A DNA stretch of 64,000 nucleotides from an uncultured bacterium (GTDB lineage: Bacteria; UBP4; UBA4092), in NCBI GenBank assembly GCA_963768165.1, contig CAVYHJ010000026.1:435337-499336 (forward strand), read 5' to 3'. Every line of letters begins with the position of its first letter. The stretch's first letter is position 1. This document shows, in pieces, positions 36,332-45,397 of this stretch. Made by a program: the position numbers and the translations under genes. The notes beneath the pieces are model-generated. The model had not been told where the DNA came from. It made no database searches and was given only the letters and a program-made list of their open reading frames with translations.

Positions 36332-37621
36332 TTACCGGCCTATGGAGTAATATTCAAACCCCAGCGCTTCCATTTGTTCGGGATCATATAAATTGCGCCC
36401 GTCAAAAACCAACGGTCGTCTCATGATTTCTCGAATCTTTTTAAGGTTTAATAATTTAAACTCATTCCATTCCGTGACAACAACGAGGGCATCGCAGCCT
36501 TTTGCCATTTCATAAGAACTCTTGCAATAGTCCAGCTTCGGAAAAACCTTTTTAGTATTTTCCATGGCGATTGGATCATACGTTTTGATATTTACTTTTT
36601 CATCCAATAAAAGACGAATAATCTCCAATGATTTCGCATCCCGAATATCATCGGTATTGGGTTTAAAAGCCAATCCCAGAATCCCAAAGGTTTTCCCCTT
36701 AAGCGGTTTGGCAACATCTTTCATACGGTTCACAAAATTCTCCACGCGCCTTTTATTTATTTCAATCACCGATTTTAATAGTTTGAAATCCTCCCCATAT
36801 TTCGCGGCAGTATGAATTAATGAATCGGTATCTTTCGGAAAGCAGGACCCGCCAAAACCCAGCCCGGCTTGGAGAAATGCCGACCCGATTCGGGAATCAT
36901 AACCCATTCCCTTGATTACATGCGAGACATCCGCGCCGGCTTTTTCGCACACATTGGCAATGGCATTAATAAATGAGATTTTCGTTGCCAGAAATGCATT
37001 GCTGGCATATTTGATTAATTCCGCCGAATTAACATCCGTGATTAACATGGGCCGTTCCAGCGGAGCGTAGAGTTCCAGTAATTTCATGGCTACATGTTTA
37101 TTGGGAGCACCGATTACGATTCGTTCCGGGTAAAAAGTATCGTTGATGGCGGAACCTTCTCTCAAAAATTCGGGATTGGAAACTACATCAAAATCAATAT
37201 TTTGCCGTTTGTTGGTTTCAATAATATTTCGCACCAAGTCTCCCGTACCGACAGGGACGGTGCTTTTATTCACAATCACTTTATACCGGTCAATGGATCT
37301 GGCAATTTCCTTGGCGGCAGTAGAAACGTAGGATAAATCCGTTTCTCCGTTGGGTTTTGGAGGAGTACCCACACAAATAAAAATAACATCGGATTTTTTT
37401 ACTCCCTCCGAAATTTTTGTTGTGAAAGTCATCCGCCGGTCATTTTTATTACGATTGACCATCTCTTCAAGCCCGGGTTCATAAATCGGCATGACCCCTT
37501 TATTAAGCATATCCACTTTTTCTTTTTCTTTATCTACGCAAACAACTTCATTACCCAGGTCGGCAAATACCGCTCCAGTAACCAACCCTACATATCCGGT
37601 TCCTATGACACAAACATTCAT
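36332..37621 (-). CDS. ugd: UDP-glucose 6-dehydrogenase (nucleotide-sugar dehydrogenase family)
   Basis: MNVCVIGTGYVGLVTGAVFADLGNEVVCVD, a catalytic Cys region (GFGGSCFPKD) and a C-terminal UDP-binding domain. Confidence 0.88.
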   Translation of the reverse strand: MNVCVIGTGYVGLVTGAVFADLGNEVVCVDKEKEKVDMLNKGVMPIYEPGLEEMVNRNKNDRRMTFTTKISEGVKKSDVIFICVGTPPKPNGETDLSYVSTAAKEIARSIDRYKVIVNKSTVPVGTGDLVRNIIETNKRQNIDFDVVSNPEFLREGSAINDTFYPERIVIGAPNKHVAMKLLELYAPLERPMLITDVNSAELIKYASNAFLATKISFINAIANVCEKAGADVSHVIKGMGYDSRIGSAFLQAGLGFGGSCFPKDTDSLIHTAAKYGEDFKLLKSVIEINKRRVENFVNRMKDVAKPLKGKTFGILGLAFKPNTDDIRDAKSLEIIRLLLDEKVNIKTYDPIAMENTKKVFPKLDYCKSSYEMAKGCDALVVVTEWNEFKLLNLKKIREIMRRPLVFDGRNLYDPEQMEALGFEYYSIGR

Positions 37622-37638
37622 TTTCTTCTCCTTAAAAT

Positions 37639-38571
37639 TTATTTAACTGCGGTTTTAAACCATGCGACAGTTTTTTCTAATCCCTCATCAAGTGAAATTT
37701 TAGGTTCCCACTTCAATTTTTCTTTCGCTAGACTGATATCCGGCTGACGCTGTTTGGGATCATCCACAGGCAAAGGTTTGAAGACAATTTTACTGGGTGT
37801 TCCCGTCAAGGCTTTAATCTTTTTCGCAAAATCGAGAATCGTCATTTCCGCCGGATTTCCCAAATTCACCGGCAAATGATATTCCACCTTCAACAACCGG
37901 AAAATCCCTTCTACCAAATCAGATACATAACAAAAACTTCTGGTTTGTTTTCCGTTCCCATAAACGGTCAGTGGTTTTTTCTTAATCGCCTGTACCATGA
38001 AATTGGGTACGACACGCCCATCATTTAACCGCATGCGCGGTCCAAAGGTATTAAAGATACGGATAATTCTGGTATTCACTTTGTGATACCGATGGTATGC
38101 CATGGTGATGGCCTCAGAAAATCGTTTTGCTTCGTCATAACATCCACGAGGGCCAATTGTATTAACATTCCCCCAATAGCTTTCTTTTTGTGGATGTTCC
38201 AGCGGATCGCCGTATATTTCAGACGTGGATGCCATCATAAAGACCGCATTTTTCACTTTTGCCAACCCCAACATGTTATGTGTACCCAAAGAGCCCACTT
38301 TCAAGGTCGGGATTGGATGTTCCAGATAATCGATGGGACTGGCGGGAGACGCAAAATCAAGAATATAATCTATTTTCCCGGGAATCTTTAATTCCTTACA
38401 AATATTATGTTTGATGAATTTGAATTTCGCAGATTTAATAGATGCGATATTATCCATTGATCCGGTAATCAAATTATCTACGGCAATCACCTGATGTCCT
38501 TCTGCAATCAGCCGTTCGCATAAATGGGAGCCGATAAATCCAGCCCCTCCTGTTACAATTGTCCTCGGCAT
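37639..38571 (-). CDS. uxs: UDP-glucuronate decarboxylase (UDP-xylose synthase-like SDR)
   Basis: [20 protein letters not shown] and YDEAKR motifs typical of UXS. It lies immediately downstream of ugd. Confidence 0.8.
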   Translation of the reverse strand: MPRTIVTGGAGFIGSHLCERLIAEGHQVIAVDNLITGSMDNIASIKSAKFKFIKHNICKELKIPGKIDYILDFASPASPIDYLEHPIPTLKVGSLGTHNMLGLAKVKNAVFMMASTSEIYGDPLEHPQKESYWGNVNTIGPRGCYDEAKRFSEAITMAYHRYHKVNTRIIRIFNTFGPRMRLNDGRVVPNFMVQAIKKKPLTVYGNGKQTRSFCYVSDLVEGIFRLLKVEYHLPVNLGNPAEMTILDFAKKIKALTGTPSKIVFKPLPVDDPKQRQPDISLAKEKLKWEPKISLDEGLEKTVAWFKTAVK

Positions 38572-38583
38572 AGTACTCCTTTT

Positions 38584-39447
38584 TTATTTAGTATCGTGAC
38601 GTATCTGAATTCCCTCAAAATCAAATTTGAATGGAATCACCTGGCAAACGTTTTCCAGTTCATGAGAGATACGCCTTTTATCTCCAACAAACAGAAGGCA
38701 GCCTCCTCCTCCAGCGCCAGTCGCTTTTCCGGCAATTGCTCCTGTCTTACAAGCTCGTTTAAAAATATCCTCAATCCGTGGGTTTGTGACACCCTTACCT
38801 ATTTTCTTTTGTCCTTCCCAATTCTGATTCATTAAATTGGCAAATAAACGCAAATTCCCTTTTTCCAATGCACCGGCCATTTTCTGTGCGGCGTCACGAA
38901 TTTGAATTAGTCCTTCAATAGTTTTTTTATTTTTATTTTTAAAATTCCGCATGACTTCTGTGACAATATTACTCGAAGATCGGCTTTTTCCGGTATAACA
39001 CAAAACCAAATGCTCTTCGAATTGGTGTAGAAAAGATTTCGTTAACTTAATGGGATGTACTTCCACCTTATCCATGTGAAACGTCATATAATTAATCCCG
39101 CCAAACGCCGCGGCATACTGATCTTGGCGTCCCCCGGATATTCCAAGCAATTTCTCCAACCAATATGATTTTCCCGCCACATCAGCAACATTCAAATCAT
39201 TATTGATTAATTTCAACCAAACAATATTCATAGCGGCGGATGTGCCCAAACCGGAAGAAGCTGGAATATCGCTACGATACTCCACACCTATTTTATCTTC
39301 CTTATCAATAATAATTTTCCCTTCTACATATTTATTAATCGCAGCATTTACGACGGTTCCCCCTTCTTCATCCGAATATGGAGGGACATCGGTCCACCCA
39401 CCGGCAAAATCAATACGCACCGGTGCCCGTACCATCGTAACACTCAT
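38584..39447 (-). CDS. GHMP-family sugar kinase (HddA / fucokinase / glucuronokinase-like)
   Basis: VRAPVRIDFAGGWTDVPPY N-terminal motif and a GHMP ATP-binding motif (PASSGLGTSAA). Confidence 0.65.
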   Translation of the reverse strand: MSVTMVRAPVRIDFAGGWTDVPPYSDEEGGTVVNAAINKYVEGKIIIDKEDKIGVEYRSDIPASSGLGTSAAMNIVWLKLINNDLNVADVAGKSYWLEKLLGISGGRQDQYAAAFGGINYMTFHMDKVEVHPIKLTKSFLHQFEEHLVLCYTGKSRSSSNIVTEVMRNFKNKNKKTIEGLIQIRDAAQKMAGALEKGNLRLFANLMNQNWEGQKKIGKGVTNPRIEDIFKRACKTGAIAGKATGAGGGGCLLFVGDKRRISHELENVCQVIPFKFDFEGIQIRHDTK

Positions 39448-39475
39448 TGATATACCTTTTTCATTAACATTAAAC

Positions 39476-40315
39476 TTACTTGATTAGCATTCCCGCGTAA
39501 CCATTAACCTGGGAATAATCTCCGGTGACATCGCCGCTAGTTACATATTTTACCAATTCAGCACTGGACGCCCCTAATTCTTTCGCCGCTAATAACAGGG
39601 TCATTACTCCATTCATCCCACAATACGACAATCCAAATCGTTTAATCCCCTTGGTTAATTCTTCTGTCTCCAGGTGTGCGATATCATTAATTACTTTTTG
39701 ATCCTTCCGGTTGGCCATTTCCTGAGTCAAATCCTGGGATAAATCGCTTGTCGCCACTATCACTACTCTTCGATCAAATGAATGAATAGAACGCACAATC
39801 GCCTTGCTTAATTCTTCACACAACGCAATATTGATACGGGTGGGCAATAATATGGGAATTATCTTGAAACTTTTTCTTGCAAAATATTGCATGACCGGTA
39901 ATTGTACTTCAATGGAATGTTCCTTTTCATGAGGATGCGGGTCATCGGACATATTTTTCATAGACGCTTTAATGTCCTGCACCAGTCGTTGATTAATCTC
40001 CAAATCTCCCAAGGGTGTTTTCCATATCCCGCGTGGAAAAATAGCTGCTTGCCCGGTTTTTTGCGTATGTATGGGGCCAAGAATGATAAAATCATCCGGG
40101 GTTTCAACTTTTCGATACGTTTCCACGAGAACTTTCCCACACCAGTCGTATCCCGCATGAGGAGTCAATACGCCCATGACCGGTTCGGGAAAAACTTTGG
40201 AAACGGGAGACAACTGTTGAATTAATTCACGTATCTTTTCCGCAGATCCCGGATAGAAATGTCCCGCTACAACCGGATGACGAATAATCATTTCAGAAAC
40301 ACTGCTTTCTTCCAT
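39476..40315 (-). CDS. MEMO1-family protein (AmmeMemoRadiSam system protein B homolog)
   Basis: N-terminal IRHPVVAGHFYPGSAEKIRELI (Memo AGxFYP motif) and a LTPHAGYDW His motif. Confidence 0.7.
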   Translation of the reverse strand: MEESSVSEMIIRHPVVAGHFYPGSAEKIRELIQQLSPVSKVFPEPVMGVLTPHAGYDWCGKVLVETYRKVETPDDFIILGPIHTQKTGQAAIFPRGIWKTPLGDLEINQRLVQDIKASMKNMSDDPHPHEKEHSIEVQLPVMQYFARKSFKIIPILLPTRINIALCEELSKAIVRSIHSFDRRVVIVATSDLSQDLTQEMANRKDQKVINDIAHLETEELTKGIKRFGLSYCGMNGVMTLLLAAKELGASSAELVKYVTSGDVTGDYSQVNGYAGMLIK

Positions 40316-40395
40316 AAAAATAGATTTCAGATTTAAGGTTTCAGTTTTTTCCTGAACGCTGGAACCTGTTTTCTTACATTTTTACTTACATTATA

Positions 40396-40623
40396 TCACT
40401 GGGACTGTGCCGGAGGCGGGGTACTTGGTTCGGGCGCTGTATCCGTATGTTTTGAAATTTTCATGCTAATCATACCCAAGATAATCACAACTAATATAAA
40501 TATCACCGCACAAACGGTTTTTAGAGGAATTGTTTTCCCTTCCAGACGAGTTTCCCACAACCGGCCAGCATAAAAGCCGACTAAAAAAAGTACTACTCCG
40601 CTAACGACATAATAGAGAAGCAT
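40396..40623 (-). CDS. Small membrane protein (75 aa, two hydrophobic segments, Pro-rich tail)
   Basis: ORF with a TM-like segment (VVSGVVLFLVGFYAG). It sits inside a co-directional cluster. Confidence 0.3.
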   Translation of the reverse strand: MLLYYVVSGVVLFLVGFYAGRLWETRLEGKTIPLKTVCAVIFILVVIILGMISMKISKHTDTAPEPSTPPPAQSQ

Positions 40624-40653
40624 GGTTTTTAGAGAACCACTTCCTCCTCTTGT

Positions 40654-40878
40654 TTACATACACCCACAACTACCACCGCAGCAGCCTCCTCCGCCCGTGG
40701 AAGACGGGCTGGAGCTAGGAATTCCATTGGATTTACCAATTCCAAAAGCGGATAATTGGATTTCCACTTTGGGACTACTGCACGTCGGACAAACAACACA
40801 TTCCTTGTCTTCCGAAGTAAATACCAGTTTTTCAAAATTTCGATTACAATCGCTACATTGAAACTCAAAAAGGGGCAT
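40654..40878 (-). CDS. FmdB-family zinc-ribbon protein with a Gly/Cys-rich C-terminal tail
   Basis: MPLFEFQCSDCNRNFE...CVVCPTCSS is a CxxC...CxxC zinc ribbon. The tail is GGGGCCGGSCGCM. Confidence 0.6.
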   Translation of the reverse strand: MPLFEFQCSDCNRNFEKLVFTSEDKECVVCPTCSSPKVEIQLSAFGIGKSNGIPSSSPSSTGGGGCCGGSCGCM

Positions 40879-40941
40879 AATCTCTCCTTTCTATTGGAAG
40901 ATTTATACTATCTATTCTATTGATTTCTGTCAAGTTAGTGG

Positions 40942-41994
40942 TCAGACAATATATTGGGAGAAGGCGTCTTTATTGATAGCATACTCATAAGCATCCTGCC
41001 CACGAATTTTATTGACCATAATCAAATTTTTCAGACATTGGTCAAGGGTTTGCATCCCCATTTTTCCACTGGTCTGAATTAAAGAAGGTATTTGATGAGT
41101 TTTGCCTTCGCGGACTAATGCCCGAACCGCGATTGTACCGAACATAATTTCCAGAGCGCAAACCCGACCGCTTCCATCCAATGTCGGTACGAGTGCCTGA
41201 CAAAGAACTCCAGCGAGACTATTCCCCAACTGTGTTCGAATCTGCGATTGTTGATGGGGTGGAAAAATATCAATAATGCGGTCCACCGTTGTTGCCGCCG
41301 AATTGGTATGCAATGTTGCAAATACCAAATGACCGGTTTCTGCTGCCGTAATCGCCAATTGAGTGGTTTCCAAATCTCGCATTTCACCTACCAGAATAAT
41401 ATCAGGATCCTCACGTAGAGCGGAACGCAGCGCATTGGCAAAAGAATGGGTATGCGCGACGATTTCTCTTTGGTTGATCATGCAATTTTTATTCCCATGA
41501 ACAAATTCAATAGGGTCTTCGATAGTAATAATATGTTCATTGCGATGGATATTGAGATTGTCAATGAGAGCTGCCAAAGTTGTAGATTTGCCCGACCCTG
41601 TTGGACCCGTCACCAATACGAGACCGCGTTTTAAACGGTTCAATTCAAGAATAGAATCCGGTAATCCTAAATCGTGAACAGACTTGATCTTGGTGGGGAT
41701 GACTCGAAATACGGCACCTTCTCCTCTGCGCTGGTTAAAGACATTGACTCTAAATCGGGATAATCCTTGCAATTCCAGAGAAAAATCTATTTCCAGTTGT
41801 TCTTGAAACCGTGCTTTTTGCTCATCCGTTAATATATCATAAAGCATGGTATGGACTTCTTCGCGAGAAACAGCCGCATCCGTTACAGGCTGCAATTGTC
41901 CATTAATACGTAACATCGCCGGAGCACCCGAGGAAATATGCAAATCGGACGCATTTTGTTCAATCGTCATTTGTAATAATGTTGTTATATCCAT
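40942..41994 (-). CDS. pilT: Type IV pilus retraction ATPase PilT
   Basis: Walker A LVLVTGPTGSGKSTT, an Asp box, Walker B (IILVGEMRD) and a His box. Length 350 aa. Confidence 0.9.
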   Translation of the reverse strand: MDITTLLQMTIEQNASDLHISSGAPAMLRINGQLQPVTDAAVSREEVHTMLYDILTDEQKARFQEQLEIDFSLELQGLSRFRVNVFNQRRGEGAVFRVIPTKIKSVHDLGLPDSILELNRLKRGLVLVTGPTGSGKSTTLAALIDNLNIHRNEHIITIEDPIEFVHGNKNCMINQREIVAHTHSFANALRSALREDPDIILVGEMRDLETTQLAITAAETGHLVFATLHTNSAATTVDRIIDIFPPHQQSQIRTQLGNSLAGVLCQALVPTLDGSGRVCALEIMFGTIAVRALVREGKTHQIPSLIQTSGKMGMQTLDQCLKNLIMVNKIRGQDAYEYAINKDAFSQYIV

Positions 41995-42012
41995 ATATAC
42001 GCTTTAAACCGG

Positions 42013-43647
42013 TTAGATTTCCAATTCACCAAATTTTTGATAAATTTCCTCCATGCTAATTATTCCTTTTTGGGCATTTTCTATGGATTGACGAATTATA
42101 GGATCAAATCCCTCTTTTTCAGACATCTTCAAAATTATATCCACATCTTTTCCCGTTCCCAAAAGTTTTTTAACAGGTTTTGCCGGGATAAAAATCTCCA
42201 AAATATTTTGGTATCCAATATATCCCGTTTGGTCGCATTTAGCGCATCCGGTTGAATGATAATAAGATTTCTTAGCCGCCTTTTTTGTTGATTTCTCTGT
42301 AGGTTGTTTCGTTGAATTCAGAATCCTACAAGAAGGACACAAAGACTGAAATTGTGCACCCGCTATGATGGAGAGTAGATACGATTTTAATACAGATGGT
42401 TTTATATTCCGGTTTTGTAAACAAATTAATGTTTCGTTCACAGATAAATAAGGCAATGTACCAATAATTAATTTTTCACGGACACTGGCATCAAACACGG
42501 TTCCCAATAAATCTTCCGAATCCGCCAAATCCACCATTAAAACATCCCCTCCTAAAATCAGTGACTGGTGAAAAATTTCTTTCAATGCTATCCCTTGCAT
42601 TTTTTCCTGGGACAATTGGATATAACGGTCATCGGTAATGGTGAATGTCTTTTCAATCGTAATAATTTTACGCTTTTCATTTTGAATCCCTTGCAACAAC
42701 ATATAGGCTAACCGGGTTCTCAACCAATCCGATTTACTGGAAATCAAAATAACACCACCTGTCCGGGACAACTGTAAAAGAACTCTCTGAAATAAAGGGC
42801 CCAAGGCTTGTTCATCCAATGAAACCGGGGAATTTATTGTTTGGTGGATTCGTAAGGTTAATAATTCACCTCTTGCCGTTATCAAAACGACCCCTTCAAG
42901 TTGTATTGTATTTTGACCCGTATGGAAAGCTATGGTACCTGATTGAAAAACGTGTTGTTTGGTAAAATCAAACTGAAAGACAATTTTTACACGAGAAAGT
43001 AACGCAAGATAAATTTCTTGAGAGAGCGATTCTTTTGGTACCAACTGCTTTTCGATCCGATATCGAATACGGACATCTTTTCCGGTTGGTTCGAAATGAA
43101 TTTCATCGGCCTCAAATGTTATCGCATCTTCGATATATTTCCTGAAAAAATCCAAAGAACCGGGATGTGTTAAATGCGTATAGGATACTGCCGATTCCGA
43201 AGGTCTTAGGGAAAGAGTTCCGAATATAGACTCTAAAACCTGCTGTATATTACTGGGACGGGCAAGAGCAGGCCGGATTTTACATTTCGTGATAGATTCC
43301 AAATCTGCGATGGTTTTGCTGTCCGTGGGGTCGGACATCACAACAGTCAACTCGTCATCAACGCGAATTAACGGCAAGACATTATAACTCACCAAAACTT
43401 CTTGGGGAATGGACTTCACCAGATCAAGATCAATCATATCCAAGTTTAAATGGACATAGGGCATATCCAATTGTTGGCTGAGGATAAAGTTTAAATCATC
43501 TTCAGAAATCCAGTGATTCTGGATTAAAATCGTTCCCAAGCGCTGTTTGGTGCTTTTTTGTTCCTGGAGCGCGTGTTCCAACTGGTCGGTGGAAATCAAA
43601 TGACGATCGAGTAGAATTTCCCCCAGTTTGGAAACATGCTTTTTCAT
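42013..43647 (-). CDS. GspE/PilB-like protein with an MshEN-type N-terminal domain (two tandem 24-aa c-di-GMP-binding-like motifs) and a degenerate ATPase core lacking Walker A (putative pseudo-ATPase)
   Basis: KLGEILLDRHLISTDQLEHALQEQ-kstkq-RLGTILIQNHWISEDDLNFILSQQ matches the MshEN RLGxxLLxxGxIxxxxLxxALxxQ consensus twice. An ASDIHFEP-like segment (ADEIHFEPTGKDVRIRYRI) is retained. The Walker A position reads GGVILISSKSD instead of GPTGSGKT. A C-terminal tetracysteine (CPSCR...CAKCDQTGY) is retained. Confidence 0.7.
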   Translation of the reverse strand: MKKHVSKLGEILLDRHLISTDQLEHALQEQKSTKQRLGTILIQNHWISEDDLNFILSQQLDMPYVHLNLDMIDLDLVKSIPQEVLVSYNVLPLIRVDDELTVVMSDPTDSKTIADLESITKCKIRPALARPSNIQQVLESIFGTLSLRPSESAVSYTHLTHPGSLDFFRKYIEDAITFEADEIHFEPTGKDVRIRYRIEKQLVPKESLSQEIYLALLSRVKIVFQFDFTKQHVFQSGTIAFHTGQNTIQLEGVVLITARGELLTLRIHQTINSPVSLDEQALGPLFQRVLLQLSRTGGVILISSKSDWLRTRLAYMLLQGIQNEKRKIITIEKTFTITDDRYIQLSQEKMQGIALKEIFHQSLILGGDVLMVDLADSEDLLGTVFDASVREKLIIGTLPYLSVNETLICLQNRNIKPSVLKSYLLSIIAGAQFQSLCPSCRILNSTKQPTEKSTKKAAKKSYYHSTGCAKCDQTGYIGYQNILEIFIPAKPVKKLLGTGKDVDIILKMSEKEGFDPIIRQSIENAQKGIISMEEIYQKFGELEI

Positions 43648-43679
43648 AGACGTTTTTTAATCATGTAGCCAATTAACTA

Positions 43680-44396
43680 TTAAACCATCTCGGATTCTGT
43701 CTCGCTCACATATAGAATGCGGGAACAATCTTCACATCGAACAATACGTTCTTGCTTGTGGACTTCGTTAATGACCTGTGGCGGGAGAGTCATAGAACAA
43801 CCCTGGCAAACATTTCCCCGGATAGGCACCAGTGCCGAACCAGACCATTTCAACGAAATCCGGTTATAGGTTTTCAAGAGATTGGGTTCAATCGCGTCCG
43901 AGAGAGAGCTACGCTTGGTTTCTGCCTCTTTGAGTAAAGATTCTAATCGTGCCATCTCCATCTTAAATCTTTGTTCTGTCTCTGCAAACCGGACTTTTTC
44001 CTGTTGGACAACCACTTTTATCCGGGTGGCCTCCTCTTTGGATTTATCGATTGCTTCCATAATTTCTAAAAGAGCATCCTCCAGTTTGGATTTCTTCGAC
44101 TTAGCATCCTCAATTTCATGCTGCATCGCTTTATACTGTTCGTTGGTTTTCACTGAATATAACTGCGAACCTAACTTCTGGATTTCCTCTTCCCGCGTTT
44201 TCAAATCCAGTTCTTTCGCATGGCGCTCTTTTATAGCCACTTCCGATTTCCCAACCAAGTCTTTTTCCTGGGCGAGAGCGGTGGTAAGTTTGCTTTGGTG
44301 CATTTCCAATTGACGGGGAATATCTCCCAATTCCGCCTTTATTCGTAAAATATGGTTATCCAGTTCCTGTAATTCTAACAACTGTTTTAAATACAT
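43680..44396 (-). CDS. COG1579-like zinc-ribbon protein with a long coiled-coil
   Basis: Coiled-coil through most of its length, and a C-terminal CQGCSMTLPP...RCEDCSRILY zinc ribbon. Confidence 0.55.
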   Translation of the reverse strand: MYLKQLLELQELDNHILRIKAELGDIPRQLEMHQSKLTTALAQEKDLVGKSEVAIKERHAKELDLKTREEEIQKLGSQLYSVKTNEQYKAMQHEIEDAKSKKSKLEDALLEIMEAIDKSKEEATRIKVVVQQEKVRFAETEQRFKMEMARLESLLKEAETKRSSLSDAIEPNLLKTYNRISLKWSGSALVPIRGNVCQGCSMTLPPQVINEVHKQERIVRCEDCSRILYVSETESEMV

Positions 44397-44581
44397 AATT
44401 TCAAAAAATTACCTATTTCCTTTCATTTAATAGCCTTTAATTTATACCATTCTTAGACGAATTAGTCAAAAAAATTATGCGGGCTTGTTTGGGAATGCCT
44501 TTTGTGTTCAACCAATTATGGTAATATCAAGTATATAGTAGTGATGGTTTTTATCGTTTATTTGTTATTGGAGGAATTCTT

Positions 44582-45364
44582 ATGAATCCCGTCAAATATT
44601 TTTCGAAAAAAAATAGCTCTCTCCAAAATAAAGGAGAAGATCACCGGTCGAATATATCTGAGTTCCGTGTTCTCGAGAACAGCGAGAGCATAAATCTTAA
44701 ATCTAAAATATGCATTCTCCTATTTTCTGTTTTTGTGTTTACAATAGCAACCTTCGCCTTTTCTTCACAACCAGAGACTATAAACGAGAAACCAGAAACT
44801 GTTAAATACGACCTTGCTTTACAACGGGATATCTATCGCTATACCAATTACACCGGTTCTCGGGCTCTTTCCAAATTAATCCTGTTGGATGTCCAGGACA
44901 GTCGGTCATCGCAAGAAAAAAATGGCGGATTACTCCAAGACCAAACTACCGACAAGGATTGGAAAAGACCTCTCCCCATTATGCTTTCCGACTTATTTAC
45001 CACCGAAATGCAACGCGCCAGTCTCATTAAATTAATTCCAGCAACATCCGATAATCTGGACTATCGTCTTACCTTAAAAATTATCTCCCTGTATGCTGGA
45101 ACAAAAGAAAATAGCTCAAACTCCGGGATCAAACATTGGTTTGCACCCCGCATCGCCCACGGTTACGCTGATCTCCAAATCATCCTCTCCGATAAATCCG
45201 GTAAGGAAATCTCCAATACCGATTTTATCGCCAATGCTCAGCAGGAACTCGGTCGATTCTCCAATAACCACCTTGCTGCCGTTAAAGTCCTCGGTCTGGC
45301 TCTCCGCGAGTCCATCGCTTCTTTCCTACAAGACTTGGATTCCCGTCTCCAATTACCCAAATAA
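44582..45364 (+). CDS. Hypothetical membrane/secreted protein (260 aa)
   Basis: N-terminal hydrophobic segment ICILLFSVFVFTIATFAFS. No recognisable domain. Confidence 0.4.
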   Translation: MNPVKYFSKKNSSLQNKGEDHRSNISEFRVLENSESINLKSKICILLFSVFVFTIATFAFSSQPETINEKPETVKYDLALQRDIYRYTNYTGSRALSKLILLDVQDSRSSQEKNGGLLQDQTTDKDWKRPLPIMLSDLFTTEMQRASLIKLIPATSDNLDYRLTLKIISLYAGTKENSSNSGIKHWFAPRIAHGYADLQIILSDKSGKEISNTDFIANAQQELGRFSNNHLAAVKVLGLALRESIASFLQDLDSRLQLPK

Positions 45365-45397
45365 TTAACTAGGAACTAGAAACTAGGAACTTGGGAC
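45365..45397. repeat. Tandem heptamer repeat, reverse orientation (TTAACTAGGAACTAGAAACTAGGAACTTGGGAC)
   Basis: Reverse complement of the GTTCCTAGTTTCTAGTTCCTAG family. Confidence 0.6.
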
